Shown: positions 11,927-23,869, counted from the stretch's first letter. The stretch: 64,000 nucleotides of DNA from Lytechinus pictus (GCF_037042905.1 NC_087253.1:20522001-20586000); one strand, 5' to 3'. Translations and numbers: made by a program. The notes: generated by a model not told the origin, from the letters alone.

Positions 11927-13828
11927 TTAGCGGAATATATAGAGGTTATCCCGAGTGCAGAAGGCGATCTCCCCTGATCGGTACTGCTGGAGGTAACACC
12001 AATATATCCCCGACTTCTCAATCGCGTAATCATTAACAAGGTTTCGAATGTGTCTTAGTTCATATGCATACTCGTCAATGCTCACCAAATCTTCATCAAG
12101 CTCCACCTTGGCTACCAGGATTGTATTACATTGAGATACAGCAGCGTAAAGGTGGCTACCCAGTTTCTTTAATTCATGTTGTATAACACCCTGTTTGTCT
12201 ATAAATCTGATAGTATCAACTGATGTAGTGATAAGAGAACCACGGTAACTAGTGATTTGCAGAGGTTCATACCCGTTGCATGGTATCTCCCTAATTGCTT
12301 GCCAACCTGCCGTTGAAAATACCAAGATCTTCATGGCTTTCCAGTAGCTCACATAGATCAGGTCATCACCATCAACAGTGAGATCAGAAAACCCACCTTC
12401 ATCTCGACTTAGAGTCTTAAACATTACATTCAACTTTGTGTACTCTGGCGTGTACAGTGTGATATCGTTAGAATTGTCAGTCACAACACATCGACCATCA
12501 GAGAGGAACCCTACCCCATCAATCTTAACATCCTTCAGAACTGTATGCTGAAGCTTACCATCAGAAGAGAAGATAGAGATGCCACCTGTATCACATCCTA
12601 CTGCCATCCTACCGTCTGGTGTACCAACCATTGCATTCATGCTATTCTTAGCTGGCAAAGCAACTTTCTTTACATTAACAATCTTATTAGTAGGCAAAGA
12701 AACGTCCTTTTTATCAAAAACCTTTTTTGTGGGCAAGGCGACGTTCTTTTCAACTACATTAACAATCTCTCCAAGGCCTAGCTCATTCACTCCAACATTT
12801 CTCTCAAAATTGACACTTTTCCCCTTTATGCCCGATTTCTTCGGCTGCTTGTAGTCAGGATCCTCTTGATCACATACCTCTCGTAACTCTTCACACAGAG
12901 TGTCGTGTGTAGCCAAAGTATCCATATCTAACGGTATCTTTGTTTTGTTAATCACCATTTCAGCCAAAGTCGTCAACTGATTGATGTGCTTCTGAGCCGT
13001 GGTCTTCATGCTTTTCAGTTCTTTCGCTACTCCTTCGGTGGTTTCCTTGACTTCTCTTAGCAGGCTTTCTTTCTTCTCTGACAACTGCCGGACTGCATCA
13101 TAATATGCTTTGTTGATGTCACTTGTACACTGTTTCTTGGCATTGTCAACACTCTTGCTCTGTTCATCTATGAACTCAATGTACTTCTGAAAGGATGATT
13201 GTTTCTTCTCCACCTTTGATTTCAGGTCTTCGATACCCTCCATGTGTTTGTCCTCATAGGTAGCTACCTCGACAACCTGGTGTCCCTCGTCTTTATGTTC
13301 CATCACACCGCATCTGAAGCATGTGAATCTCCTGCAGGTGGAACAGAAGCAACATTCATCTTCTTTCGGGTGTTTCCTGCATTTGCGGTATCTACGTACA
13401 GACACCTTGCCTGACGAGATCTCACTCATGGCAATGACGTTATGGCCGATAAAGTCTCCCCATTGAGAGTGCGTATTAAGACAAGAGGTGCAGAGATACT
13501 TGCCACAGTCTTGGCAGTAGACATCAGCATGGGGCTTGTTATTGGATTTACAATTTGTGCAAATCTGAGGTTGGCCCTCCATGTCATCTATCAGACTCTT
13601 CAACGCAAGATTTACCTGTAGTTTGCCGACATCTTGGTTTGGGACCTGCGTGACAGCTCTGCAGACAGGGCATCGAATCTGACAGTTACCGTGGCACTTT
13701 AAGAGGTTGTCCAGGCAAGTCTTGCAGAAAGTGTGAGAACAAGACAGGATCTTGGGATCGATGAATGTAGAAAGACAAACTGGACACTCTGTACTCTGGG
13801 AGATGACAGTCTTTAATGCTTCAGCCAT
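11927..13828 (-). CDS. TRIM-like E3 ligase, copy 2, full length 633 aa (RING, 2 B-boxes, coiled coil, NHL-like beta-propeller; TRIM56/TRIM2/3-like architecture)
   Basis: RING C15-C56, B-box1 ~C90-H129, B-box2 ~C150-H183, helical region ~190-320, C-terminal blade-like repeats (TPDGRMAV, SDGRCVV, DGDDLIYV, YRSGEIAF). Confidence 0.95.
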   Translation of the reverse strand: MAEALKTVISQSTECPVCLSTFIDPKILSCSHTFCKTCLDNLLKCHGNCQIRCPVCRAVTQVPNQDVGKLQVNLALKSLIDDMEGQPQICTNCKSNNKPHADVYCQDCGKYLCTSCLNTHSQWGDFIGHNVIAMSEISSGKVSVRRYRKCRKHPKEDECCFCSTCRRFTCFRCGVMEHKDEGHQVVEVATYEDKHMEGIEDLKSKVEKKQSSFQKYIEFIDEQSKSVDNAKKQCTSDINKAYYDAVRQLSEKKESLLREVKETTEGVAKELKSMKTTAQKHINQLTTLAEMVINKTKIPLDMDTLATHDTLCEELREVCDQEDPDYKQPKKSGIKGKSVNFERNVGVNELGLGEIVNVVEKNVALPTKKVFDKKDVSLPTNKIVNVKKVALPAKNSMNAMVGTPDGRMAVGCDTGGISIFSSDGKLQHTVLKDVKIDGVGFLSDGRCVVTDNSNDITLYTPEYTKLNVMFKTLSRDEGGFSDLTVDGDDLIYVSYWKAMKILVFSTAGWQAIREIPCNGYEPLQITSYRGSLITTSVDTIRFIDKQGVIQHELKKLGSHLYAAVSQCNTILVAKVELDEDLVSIDEYAYELRHIRNLVNDYAIEKSGIYWCYLQQYRSGEIAFCTRDNLYIFR

Positions 13829-13951
13829 GGTTAGATTGTTAGAAGACTGAAAAATAATTAATAAAACAATGAATAATCATATACATGCACAAACCATACC
13901 TCGGGACAAATTAAAATAAAAGATTTCCATAGCTTAGATTAATCTCCGTAT

Positions 13952-14862
13952 TGACCTGTTGCAGAAAAGTTGTGACGTTATGCAACTCAAAATACCAATC
14001 GCAATTTTGTTTGCAACCAACGGAATGCGTGTATAGCACTCTGCATTTCATATTTTTGCCAAACTGATTATACTTTTAAACATGCTTGGATGTTTGTGTA
14101 CACTCTCAAACTCCAAATAGTAAAAGTAAGTTCAATGCTCTTTTGTCCATTGACACAACTCCTTTTGTTTAGAGCTAATGACCACACATCCATCACCTGT
14201 TTGCACAGATTGATGTGGTAGCCTTATCCTTGCATTATGTTTACAATTCCTCCTAAGAGACCATAATTATCCTTGCATTTTGTGTTTATAATTCCTAATA
14301 ATGAGGTGCTTTATCCTCCATCCAACCTCCTCCCCAGATAGTATCTCCCTGACTTCAGGTGCAAATAAACTTTCATTTTTGTCATGCTCCACCCTTCTTT
14401 CTTGATTAGTCGATACATTGTTTAACTCCTCCCCCCTAATGGTGCAAAACTAAGAGTTGTACCCCCAAGATATATTAAGAAAGGACTTCTCTTCTCCGTC
14501 TCTTGACGAGAGGACACTGCGTACTTGGTTTCCCTTGCCATCCCTTTTAGGGGCTACCATATGGCCTTTGTTGGGGAGTACCTTATACTATAACAGCCTT
14601 TTTATAACCAGCTATATTTTGTTCCACTGTATACATATTTTATATCTTCGTCTTCAATCAATATTGATCTTTGGAATAAATCTACTGATGAACTGTAATC
14701 ATTGTGTGACAGACTCTTGATTTGTCTCGTATCTTGTAACATTGAACAATCACCACGCTACGACACTTCTGTATAATATTTCCAGTGTTACACGTGTATT
14801 ATAGGGACTTGCGATTGATTCTTTTCGTTATGATTAAACGTAAGTATTTCTGCAACGGGCCC
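13952..14862. mobile_element. Small MITE (GGGCCCGTTGCAGAAA-type TIR) interrupted by a solo LTR; duplicate at 56893-57808
   Basis: tgacctgttgcagaaa ... tttctgcaacgggccc. Confidence 0.6.
14032..14792 (+). mobile_element. Probable solo LTR; duplicate at 56973-57738
   Basis: Ends TATAGCAC...GTGTTACA (degenerate TG...CA inverted ends), 4-bp TSD CGTG, internal TATA-like and AATAAA motifs. Confidence 0.65.
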
Positions 14863-16096
14863 TGAAAGTGTTATCAGTGGAGGAGCCAGGGGTGTTAGCC
14901 CAGGTTCCCGCTCTTGACCAAAATAGGAGGGGTGGAGAAGGGCGATGGGGAACGATAAAATGAGGGGGAGGGAAATTTGGAAAAAGGGGGAATATGAGAA
15001 AGGGGAATTGGAAAAGAATGGGGAATGGTGAAGGGGGTGGGGAAAGGAGGGGAGAGGAAGGAAGGGGAATGATAAAATGAGGGGAGAGGAAAAACTGGAA
15101 TGAACAAAAGAAGGGGGAGGAGGAAGGGTAATTGGAAAAGGAGAGGAAGTGGATTGGAAAAAGGGGGGAAGGGGACATTGGAAAAGGAGGGAAGAGGAGG
15201 AAGAAGAACGGGGGAATGGGAAAAGGTGCTTGGGGCGTGGGAGGAAAGTGGCAAGGTGGAATAAGAAAAGAAATGAGGAGATGCAAAGAGGAATATCATT
15301 GCTTGAAAAAAGTATGAGTTTTCATTTTCCCCCATTACTCCATGGTTGAAAAACAAATCTGATCTCCCCCTTAAACAACGGTTTTAGCTCATCCGGCCCG
15401 AAGGGTCAGATGAGCTAATGCCGTGGCGTGGTGTCCGTCGTCTGTCGTCCATCCACAATTTCAAAATGCTTCTTCCTCATTTCAAGTCCGATTTCAATTC
15501 TGTTTGCTTAATAGCACTAGGTGGGGGATTAAAATCTTCTACACAGAACTTGGAAAGTCACTAATGTGCTCTAAAAATTTATGCACATTTTTCTAAATTC
15601 CCCCCCCCAAAAAAAAAAATGCCTCTCCTATTCGTTTACCAATTTTGATTTTTTTTTTGCTTCCATCTGGTAAAGCTTCATGTGGTTCAGATCACTTCTA
15701 CACAGAATTTTGAAATTTTGACTAGAAAATTGTTTATGCTAATTTATGCAAAATTTATTCATAAATTCATAAAAACGTGGTTTTTTTCTTCTCCTTTTGT
15801 TGATCAATTTCAACTTTGTTTGGTTTACATGTATATGATAGCTCTAGGTGGGGATACAAAACTTCTACACAAAATTTTGAAACTCATTAAATATGTTCAT
15901 TTATACATATTTTTTTTTAATTGTTTATTCATTTGTTGACCGATTTGATTTTTTTTTGGGGGGGTCCATCTGAGAGCTACATGAGGTTCACCATGATTCT
16001 GCACAGAATTTAGAAATTGTGACCAGAAAATTATTAGTGCTTATTTATACGAAATTCATTCATAATAACCGGAAAGGCTTATGTCACGAATATAAC

Positions 16097-17082
16097 TCAC
16101 GTGGGAAGTGACTTTTTTTAATTATTTATCTACTGCTGCTTGACGCCAAATAAACAATACGTAAAACTGATAAATACAGTTAGTAAAAGATTTAATCAAA
16201 GCTCTTAAATCATTATGTGGTTTCCTTTGATATCTTTTACAATGATTTACATGGAAATATACATGGTTATAACAAAATATAACTTAACTTAAACAATAGT
16301 TGAATAGAGCCCCGGTCATCTGTTCTGGCTTGACATGCCCCACTCGGCCCTGGTAGTCGGTCCAGTTCCTGGCCTCCGCAGCTTGCGATGTCTCTTCCAC
16401 TCGGCCTCGGCCTCCGCAGACAGTTACCCCCTGATGAGTAGCCCTCAGATCAGAGATGTGGCTTCAACGAATTATTGGACGAGATCGAGCCCCCAAAGAT
16501 GACATGAATTTTGACCAATCATGTCGGTGGAGAACCGGCGGCAGCTGGGGTCGTTATCTCGTCACCGGCGTAGTCCCTCAGTTATAACTTAGACTGCCTA
16601 TACGAACATCTGTAGTCTATTCTAGCTTAGGTGGTTCTCTCTGAATTACTGAAATTAACCTCCTAATATACCCTACCGTTACTAGGACTAACTGTAAGAT
16701 TTCTATAAAGTAATTCAAAGAATTTCGATAACAGATGAGTGCATAAAGCAACACATTCCTATTATGTTATGTAATAAAAGCCATAAAAGACACTTCCTGT
16801 GTATCTATACATCTACACTCATCAATGCTAGATCACTTTTGGTTATTTACAACACCTGTATGAAAATGCTTCTCCTAAAGAAATATTTCGAACACCTGTA
16901 TAAAATATGACATAAACCTGGTACACTTGTACTCTAAGGGGGGGGGGGGGGTATCAAGCGTTCCCAATGCTTGCTTTCAAAGTATTCAAAACATATAGAT
17001 ACATGCTTGTCTACATGCCTACCCTAACCTGGACCAAATAACTCAACTGAAATACATCTGTAATTAAATTTCTATCCTGACA
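16097..17082 (-). repeat. 3' LTR (terminal CA missing)
   Basis: Direct repeat of 21525-22511. I see one substitution and one poly-G length difference. PPT aaggtgggggatat at 17096-17083. Confidence 0.93.
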
Positions 17083-18530
17083 ATATCCCCCACCTTAAGA
17101 TAAAATTAAGGGAACCTGAATTATATCCATTAAAGAAATTTATAACAGAGTCTCCTTTAACAAGGTATTACTCAAATCTCTATCATAATGAAAAAGTTAA
17201 CTATCCATATTATTACGAATAGTTCATTATCTACATTCAGTGATACATATAAAGATATATAAACATCCAAATATACATGTCAAGAGCTTATTCCAAATAA
17301 GCCATCTGTATTAAAGTTTTAAAACATATCGTCTTTTAAAGATAACAGTCCAAATGTCAATGTGTTTTGCAAAAGCTGTTTTGAATTAATTTCTACAATC
17401 AATTTAAAACTTGTTTAAGATAAAATAAAGAGAATTATCAAATTCAGTAAACTTTTTAACTTTTTTTTATAAAGTACAGTGCTTAAAAACTGCATGGTTT
17501 TAAACCAAAATCATTAAACTGTCTTAAAATTGTATTTTCTTAACAAAGTGAAATGATTTTTATATTGTGGTTTAAAATTCTACATCACAGAAATTTTTAC
17601 ATCTTTTACAACTTTTAAACATTGCTTTGCTAAATCAAAATCAGTCTTTTTCCAAAATAAGTAAATCACTTTTTTTTTTTAAGATTTGGAAATTCAAAAT
17701 GACATTTCATATATAAAAACAAGATGTCTCGTATCTGAGAGACAATATCGTTGACACAGGTATGTATATATATATGACATGCAAGATATGAGTTTTACTT
17801 TTCATTCAAATCCTGACTAGTCAAAAGTATAATTTTTTTTTAATGTAATGTTAAAATGCAGTGTATAATTTAGAACACTTCTGAATCTGCAAGAAAGCAG
17901 CATATAATTTCGCAAACTGTCAATTCAAATTTTAACTTTATATTCAACATTATTTCAATGAATGAATGAATGAGATGTATTTCCTTTTTTTTTTAAAGTG
18001 ATTTATATATAGTCGAAACATTTCACAATTGAATAGTATCATTAAAATGACTCAAGTTTTTCCTTTTAGAGCAATTAACAAATGGCTCATTATTTCAATT
18101 TTACGAAATAAACATGATTCTTTTTTCTTAAAACTACAATTACAATCTTAAATCAACTTAACTAAAATCTATCGGCCCTAAACTAACCTATACTATGTAT
18201 AACTAAGCCCTACCACACACAGTTGCCTAAACCTAAAAATTACAGAATTACTGAAGAGCCTGTTGAAGCGTGAACGTTGTGTGCTGGTTCCAGGGTTCCT
18301 GAAAGAAATGAGAAAACCTTCATGAAGTATCTGTCATGTATATACTCTAAACATATTGAAATGATTTTTTTTTTCATATACCATTATAAATGAAATAAAT
18401 GGTTTTGGGTAAAAGTCAATATTTACAGTAATCTCTTCATTAAATTAACAGCTTTGTTTTCTATTCGAGACCAAGCGAAACTTAAAACATTGTAGGCACA
18501 AAATCTGTCTTACAATTCGCTCGTTTATTT

Positions 18531-20837
18531 TCAAGGCGGATATTTATCCGACTCTGACGTTTCTTTGGTGCACAATCGTTTCAAAACAGACTTCACAACG
18601 TTGCAACGCTTGAGCAACCAGTTACATAATTTCGCAGGATAGTACCGAGAACTGGTCAGTCGCTTGACTGGCAACAAATTAGATGCTTCAAACATCAGAT
18701 CCGAAACGACTCGAGTACCTAAGTTACACATATTGACCGAGGGAATATCGACTCTGTTACAAACATGAGCCTCCACCACATTTTTCCGAGATATTACACA
18801 TGACCTACAGAAATTTGCAACATATTCTGACATCCCAGGCCAGAAGAACTGCGCCTTGGTCTTAGACAGTGTATCATTGATACCTAAATGTCCATTTAGT
18901 AATGACTCATGCGCAACTTGCATTATCTCTTCTCTTCGAGACTGGGGAACTACAAGGAATTTAGGACCTATACCTCGATCATTTCCATCCTTTTTCTGTC
19001 GGAACAGAAGCTCACGTTCACACAAATACTTGTACTGTGAATTGTTAAGCATATCAATTCTCTGCCATAGAGGGCCTAACGTTACCTCATCTTTTTGTTC
19101 TGTCAAAAACTCATTGGATACTATGTTAACTAAAGGGTCAACCAAAGTCAAGCCTTTAATGGGCTTAGAGTCTCTCAATTTTTGCAAACGAGTCTGAACC
19201 GCCTGCAATTCAACATCAACTTCCTCCGAAATCACGCCTTCAGCGTCAGACTTCAAGTCACTTGAACACTCCCTATCTATTCCTTCCTTCTGTTCTACCA
19301 CACCAACGACCTCAACATCATTCTTCGGGACCCAATGTAAATTGGGGTCACTCGCTTTACGAGCCCCTTTTACATTACCAATAACTAGATCATACAAACA
19401 ATCGGGCAGACACACAGCCACAATCTCTCCTTCGAAATACGGCGAATCTACAACTATCTTAGCCAATGGAAAACGCCTGATTGTAGTATCTATTAACCTG
19501 ACTGCTCGATATTGACCTATAAACTGATCTTTCCTAACCAATGCCTCTTTCACTACACAGGCAGTGCAACCTGTATCACGCAACACTGACACGGGAACAT
19601 TCCCAGGCATCAATCTCCCAGATACGACAAACAAATCATCGCCCATTGAATCGATATCATCAGCTATTCCAATTTTTTCAATAGCTTCGTCCCTATTATC
19701 GAAATCATCGACCACGGACTCAACAGACATACAACATGCCGTCATGTCTACAACTTCAGACTCTATTTCATTTACCTGAGGACACCCCTCACCAATGTCT
19801 AACTTAGGGCCTCCTCCCCCTACAAACAGCATACCTTGAGCCGCCGCAGGCCTGGACAACATGGGACACTCCCTCTTTATGTGATTAGGATTCCCACACA
19901 TGTAACACCCTCTCGTTTGATAAGGCTTATTACCTTCATTCTTCCTGAATCTAGTCTGAACTTCACCCGATTTCTGAATACCTGCAGTTTTTCTTAATGG
20001 GCTTGACGGAGGGCTCTTTCTACCAAACTTCGGCTCTGATCGGAACTTTTCGGGTTTCTGCCCACTAGAGAACACATGAGGCCCATGCGCACTAACATAA
20101 ACTTCCGCACAATTAACGGCTTCATCAAAATTCATGCATTTTCGTTCCCTAATGAAAATAGCAACCTCTTTTGGACAATCAGTCAAAAATTGCTCTCGCA
20201 ACATCAGATCCTCAAGAGCCCCTCTACTACTATCTATCTTAGCCGCCTCTACCCACTTATCAAAATGAGCCTTCATTCTAGTAGCAAACTGTTTGGGACG
20301 TTCAGAGTTTAACGGCCTACTTGATCTGAAATTTCGCCTATACCCTTCCTCAGTGAGATGATAGTATTGCATCAGCTCATCTTTTACCGCGGTATATTTC
20401 TGGCGATCATGTACATTCATCCTATTCACTACATCTAAAGCTTTCCCTGTTAGATTAGAGATTAGATATATTACCCATAAGTCATCAGAAACTCTTTGGC
20501 TTTTCATTAACATCTCAAATTTGGTTATGTAAGCATCGAACTTATCGTGGGCATCGTCAAAACGACGTACTTCAAGTTTTATCCCACCTAACTGAGGTAC
20601 ATTATTCACCTCTTCCTTACGCATATGCGCTAACTTCAGTTCATGCTCACGTTCCTTTTCTCGTTCACGCTCACGTTCGTAAGCTTCCTTTTCTTGAGCT
20701 TCACGCTCAGCCTTAATTTCTTTCTCACGTTCTATCGCCTGGCAACGCTCAGACACAAACCTACTCAACTCGCCACCACTAAGGCCCATTTCCCTACCTA
20801 ACGTGGAAAATTCTTTCATTTGTTCAATGCTAGCCAT
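18531..20837 (-). CDS. Gag (SCAN-like capsid C-terminal domain, CCHC knuckle), aspartic protease and integrase zinc-binding domain; no integrase core, RT or RNase H
   Basis: LMLREQFLTDCPKEVAIFIRER (SCAN-like), CYMCGNPNHIKREC, LRDTGC, AHESLLNGHLG...FFWPGM...FCRSC. First ATG at 20837 (the track starts at an upstream TTG, 20852). Confidence 0.9.
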   Translation of the reverse strand: MASIEQMKEFSTLGREMGLSGGELSRFVSERCQAIEREKEIKAEREAQEKEAYEREREREKEREHELKLAHMRKEEVNNVPQLGGIKLEVRRFDDAHDKFDAYITKFEMLMKSQRVSDDLWVIYLISNLTGKALDVVNRMNVHDRQKYTAVKDELMQYYHLTEEGYRRNFRSSRPLNSERPKQFATRMKAHFDKWVEAAKIDSSRGALEDLMLREQFLTDCPKEVAIFIRERKCMNFDEAVNCAEVYVSAHGPHVFSSGQKPEKFRSEPKFGRKSPPSSPLRKTAGIQKSGEVQTRFRKNEGNKPYQTRGCYMCGNPNHIKRECPMLSRPAAAQGMLFVGGGGPKLDIGEGCPQVNEIESEVVDMTACCMSVESVVDDFDNRDEAIEKIGIADDIDSMGDDLFVVSGRLMPGNVPVSVLRDTGCTACVVKEALVRKDQFIGQYRAVRLIDTTIRRFPLAKIVVDSPYFEGEIVAVCLPDCLYDLVIGNVKGARKASDPNLHWVPKNDVEVVGVVEQKEGIDRECSSDLKSDAEGVISEEVDVELQAVQTRLQKLRDSKPIKGLTLVDPLVNIVSNEFLTEQKDEVTLGPLWQRIDMLNNSQYKYLCERELLFRQKKDGNDRGIGPKFLVVPQSRREEIMQVAHESLLNGHLGINDTLSKTKAQFFWPGMSEYVANFCRSCVISRKNVVEAHVCNRVDIPSVNMCNLGTRVVSDLMFEASNLLPVKRLTSSRYYPAKLCNWLLKRCNVVKSVLKRLCTKETSESDKYPP

Positions 20838-21504
20838 AGCGACTATTAACAATAGATTCCAACAAATTCAAATATCCTAACAGGCTTTAACCATCCGCAT
20901 AAACAAAGCAAAAGCTTTAACACCTGGCAACAAATGCCAAACCCCTAGTGCCTTTTATCAAGCACACTAGAATGTATCTCCCAATGAGCATACAATTTAA
21001 CCATGCGGAACCACACCAATCCACTTCACACAAGAGGATTCAAAGCCTAGTCAAATTCAACACTGGAATCTATTCAAGCACGTAAACTTGAACATTCAAT
21101 GCTTGCTACCATGCCAACGAGTTACCCGTAAGAATAGACAGTAATTATGTGAATTAAGAACAAACGGTTCTTCCCGACATATCCTTTATCCTAACGACCA
21201 ACAGCCCACTATATACCATAGAATTAAAACAGGGTCTGCTTTCCCTAAATGCTGTTTACCCGGCCGAAAAAGGTATGAAATATATTTTCCTAGCGAAAAT
21301 TTCCCACAATAATTCACTGTACTATCCAAATGTAAATTCAAGCATAGCAAGTATGATTATAGTACCAAGGCTTCAATGCACACCTTGGGGAGAAATACTT
21401 TTAAGAGCTATTACCAATAGACCATCATTAAAGTATCCATTCGGAAAGATGACCACAGATTTATTTCTTTCCTAAATAATTTTGAATTATTTCAAGCAGC
21501 AGTG

Positions 21505-21521
21505 TCTCGGTGGGACCTCCA
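21505..21521 (-). other. Primer binding site complementary to tRNA-Gln 3' end
   Basis: Plus strand TCTCGGTGGGACCTCCA matches the 3' end of metazoan tRNA-Gln plus CCA, 3 nt from the 5' LTR. Confidence 0.85.
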
Positions 21522-21524
21522 AAT

Positions 21525-22511
21525 TGTCACGTGGGAAGTGACTTTTTTTAATTATTTATCTACTGCTGCTTGACGCCAAATAAAGAATACGTAAAACTGA
21601 TAAATACAGTTAGTAAAAGATTTAATCAAAGCTCTTAAATCATTATGTGGTTTCCTTTGATATCTTTTACAATGATTTACATGGAAATATACATGGTTAT
21701 AACAAAATATAACTTAACTTAAACAATAGTTGAATAGAGCCCCGGTCATCTGTTCTGGCTTGACATGCCCCACTCGGCCCTGGTAGTCGGTCCAGTTCCT
21801 GGCCTCCGCAGCTTGCGATGTCTCTTCCACTCGGCCTCGGCCTCCGCAGACAGTTACCCCCTGATGAGTAGCCCTCAGATCAGAGATGTGGCTTCAACGA
21901 ATTATTGGACGAGATCGAGCCCCCAAAGATGACATGAATTTTGACCAATCATGTCGGTGGAGAACCGGCGGCAGCTGGGGTCGTTATCTCGTCACCGGCG
22001 TAGTCCCTCAGTTATAACTTAGACTGCCTATACGAACATCTGTAGTCTATTCTAGCTTAGGTGGTTCTCTCTGAATTACTGAAATTAACCTCCTAATATA
22101 CCCTACCGTTACTAGGACTAACTGTAAGATTTCTATAAAGTAATTCAAAGAATTTCGATAACAGATGAGTGCATAAAGCAACACATTCCTATTATGTTAT
22201 GTAATAAAAGCCATAAAAGACACTTCCTGTGTATCTATACATCTACACTCATCAATGCTAGATCACTTTTGGTTATTTACAACACCTGTATGAAAATGCT
22301 TCTCCTAAAGAAATATTTCGAACACCTGTATAAAATATGACATAAACCTGGTACACTTGTACTCTAAGGGGGGGGGGGGGTATCAAGCGTTCCCAATGCT
22401 TGCTTTCAAAGTATTCAAAACATATAGATACATGCTTGTCTACATGCCTACCCTAACCTGGACCAAATAACTCAACTGAAATACATCTGTAATTAAATTT
22501 CTATCCTGACA
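21525..22511 (-). repeat. 5' LTR
   Basis: TGTCA...TGACA termini; adjacent to the PBS. Confidence 0.93.
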
Positions 22512-23018
22512 ATTGTCAACTGGGCTGAAATTAAAACATGAGTTAAATTTTGTTGCAAGATGCCGGATGAGCTCCACATCATTGATGTGCTAGTTATATA
22601 ATTGTATTTGTTTCGATCCTGTCCGTTCATAGAGTATGATGTTACAATTTTCTCACTGGTAATTATTGCATTATTAAGGTAAATGACATTCCAATAGTAC
22701 TGAAGATATATTCATTAAACAACACACATCAAACAGAGTGTGGTTTCAAATCCGACACGTTTCTCATACATGATGAGATTTGAATGTGTAAAATAGATAA
22801 TATTTGGAATAAGCATGTATCATTTAATATGCTTACCTCAATCTCCTTGTGTTCCTTGATAGCATATATCTCAGTTTGATCAGAGTAGTGGTGTTGTACG
22901 GGGTATAGTTCTATCGATATGCCCTGCTTGGGCGTTGTCAAGTCACAGTGGTGTATCGTGTGCCAACACAGCGTTGCTATTCGAACTTGAGTTCAATACC
23001 AGACTATTTTTAATGACT

Positions 23019-23028
23019 GGGAATTCCC
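23019..23028. promoter_or_regulatory. NF-kB consensus site upstream of copy 2
   Basis: GGGAATTCCC at the homologous position. Candidate donor GAG|GTAAGC (minus, 22836-22831); acceptor tttttcag at 13848-13847. Confidence 0.6.
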
Positions 23029-23386
23029 AACGACCTGTTAGACATGTTTCAATTGTGTATTCATCTACTTTAATTCAGCGGAACGAGGATTCTTTTTATT
23101 TTCATTTTACCTAATGGATGGTTATAATTAAGCGACCAGAGAATCGAAGGTTTAATGTCCTATCCCAGAGAACTGGTTATGTGGATAATTTACCACAGCG
23201 CAGGGCATCCAGTGGTAAAATGATCCCCTCCAAAAATTTAAAGGAAAACACCGTCCCCCCCCCGAAAAAAAAAATTAATAATAATGATAATAATAATAAA
23301 AATAACAATAATGATAATAATAATACTAATTACAATAAATCAAAAGAAAATGAAACATATGAAAATGATGATAATGAGCGTCTTTC

Positions 23387-23830
23387 GGTAAATTGCCCAA
23401 TCGTCTACTGCCATTCCGTCTACTCACCACATGGTCTACCTTCATTTTGTCTAATGCCATTTTACCCATCAATATTCCGTCTACCAACCATTTCGTCCAG
23501 TCACTATTTCGTCCAATTGTCTTATCGTCTAACTTATCATTTTGTCCACCACTCGTTCGGTCCAATAATCAGTTCGTCTAACAACCACATCGTCTAATAA
23601 CCATTTCGTCCAATTCCCAAATCGTCCAATATTCATTTAGTCTAATAGCCAATTGGTCCAATAGCCATGTTGTCTAACACAAATACGTCGCGTTAGCCGA
23701 GCGGGGGTGGCGAAATGACTTCTTATAAACTAAAGATATTATGAATGCTTTGAAAAATCATGATGATAACTAGGCCTACTATCAGAAAATGGATGATGCA
23801 GTACAGCGATCCAGCCCCCCCCCCCCCACG

Positions 23831-23869
<39 letters not shown>

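Larger units (their letters stand above)
16097..22511 (-). mobile_element. Non-autonomous Ty3/Gypsy (Gmr1-like) LTR retrotransposon
   Basis: Two near-identical ~987-bp LTRs, PBS, PPT and a gag-protease-partial integrase ORF; absent at the paralogous site ~59033. Confidence 0.93.
15386..22594 (+). mobile_element. Helentron-associated (HINE/DINE-1-like) non-autonomous element, split by the LTR retrotransposon; uninterrupted copy at 58331-59120
   Basis: Inserted in a T run; 5' agctcatccgg with a nearby inverted copy, GTC-rich microsatellite, 3' subTIR ccggatgagct followed by hairpin cacatca/tgatgtg; absent upstream of copies 1, 3 and 4. Confidence 0.7.

Noticed and set aside
12545-12854. Short plus-strand ORFs antisense to the TRIM genes or gag
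   Set aside because: Shadow ORFs with no independent coding signal.
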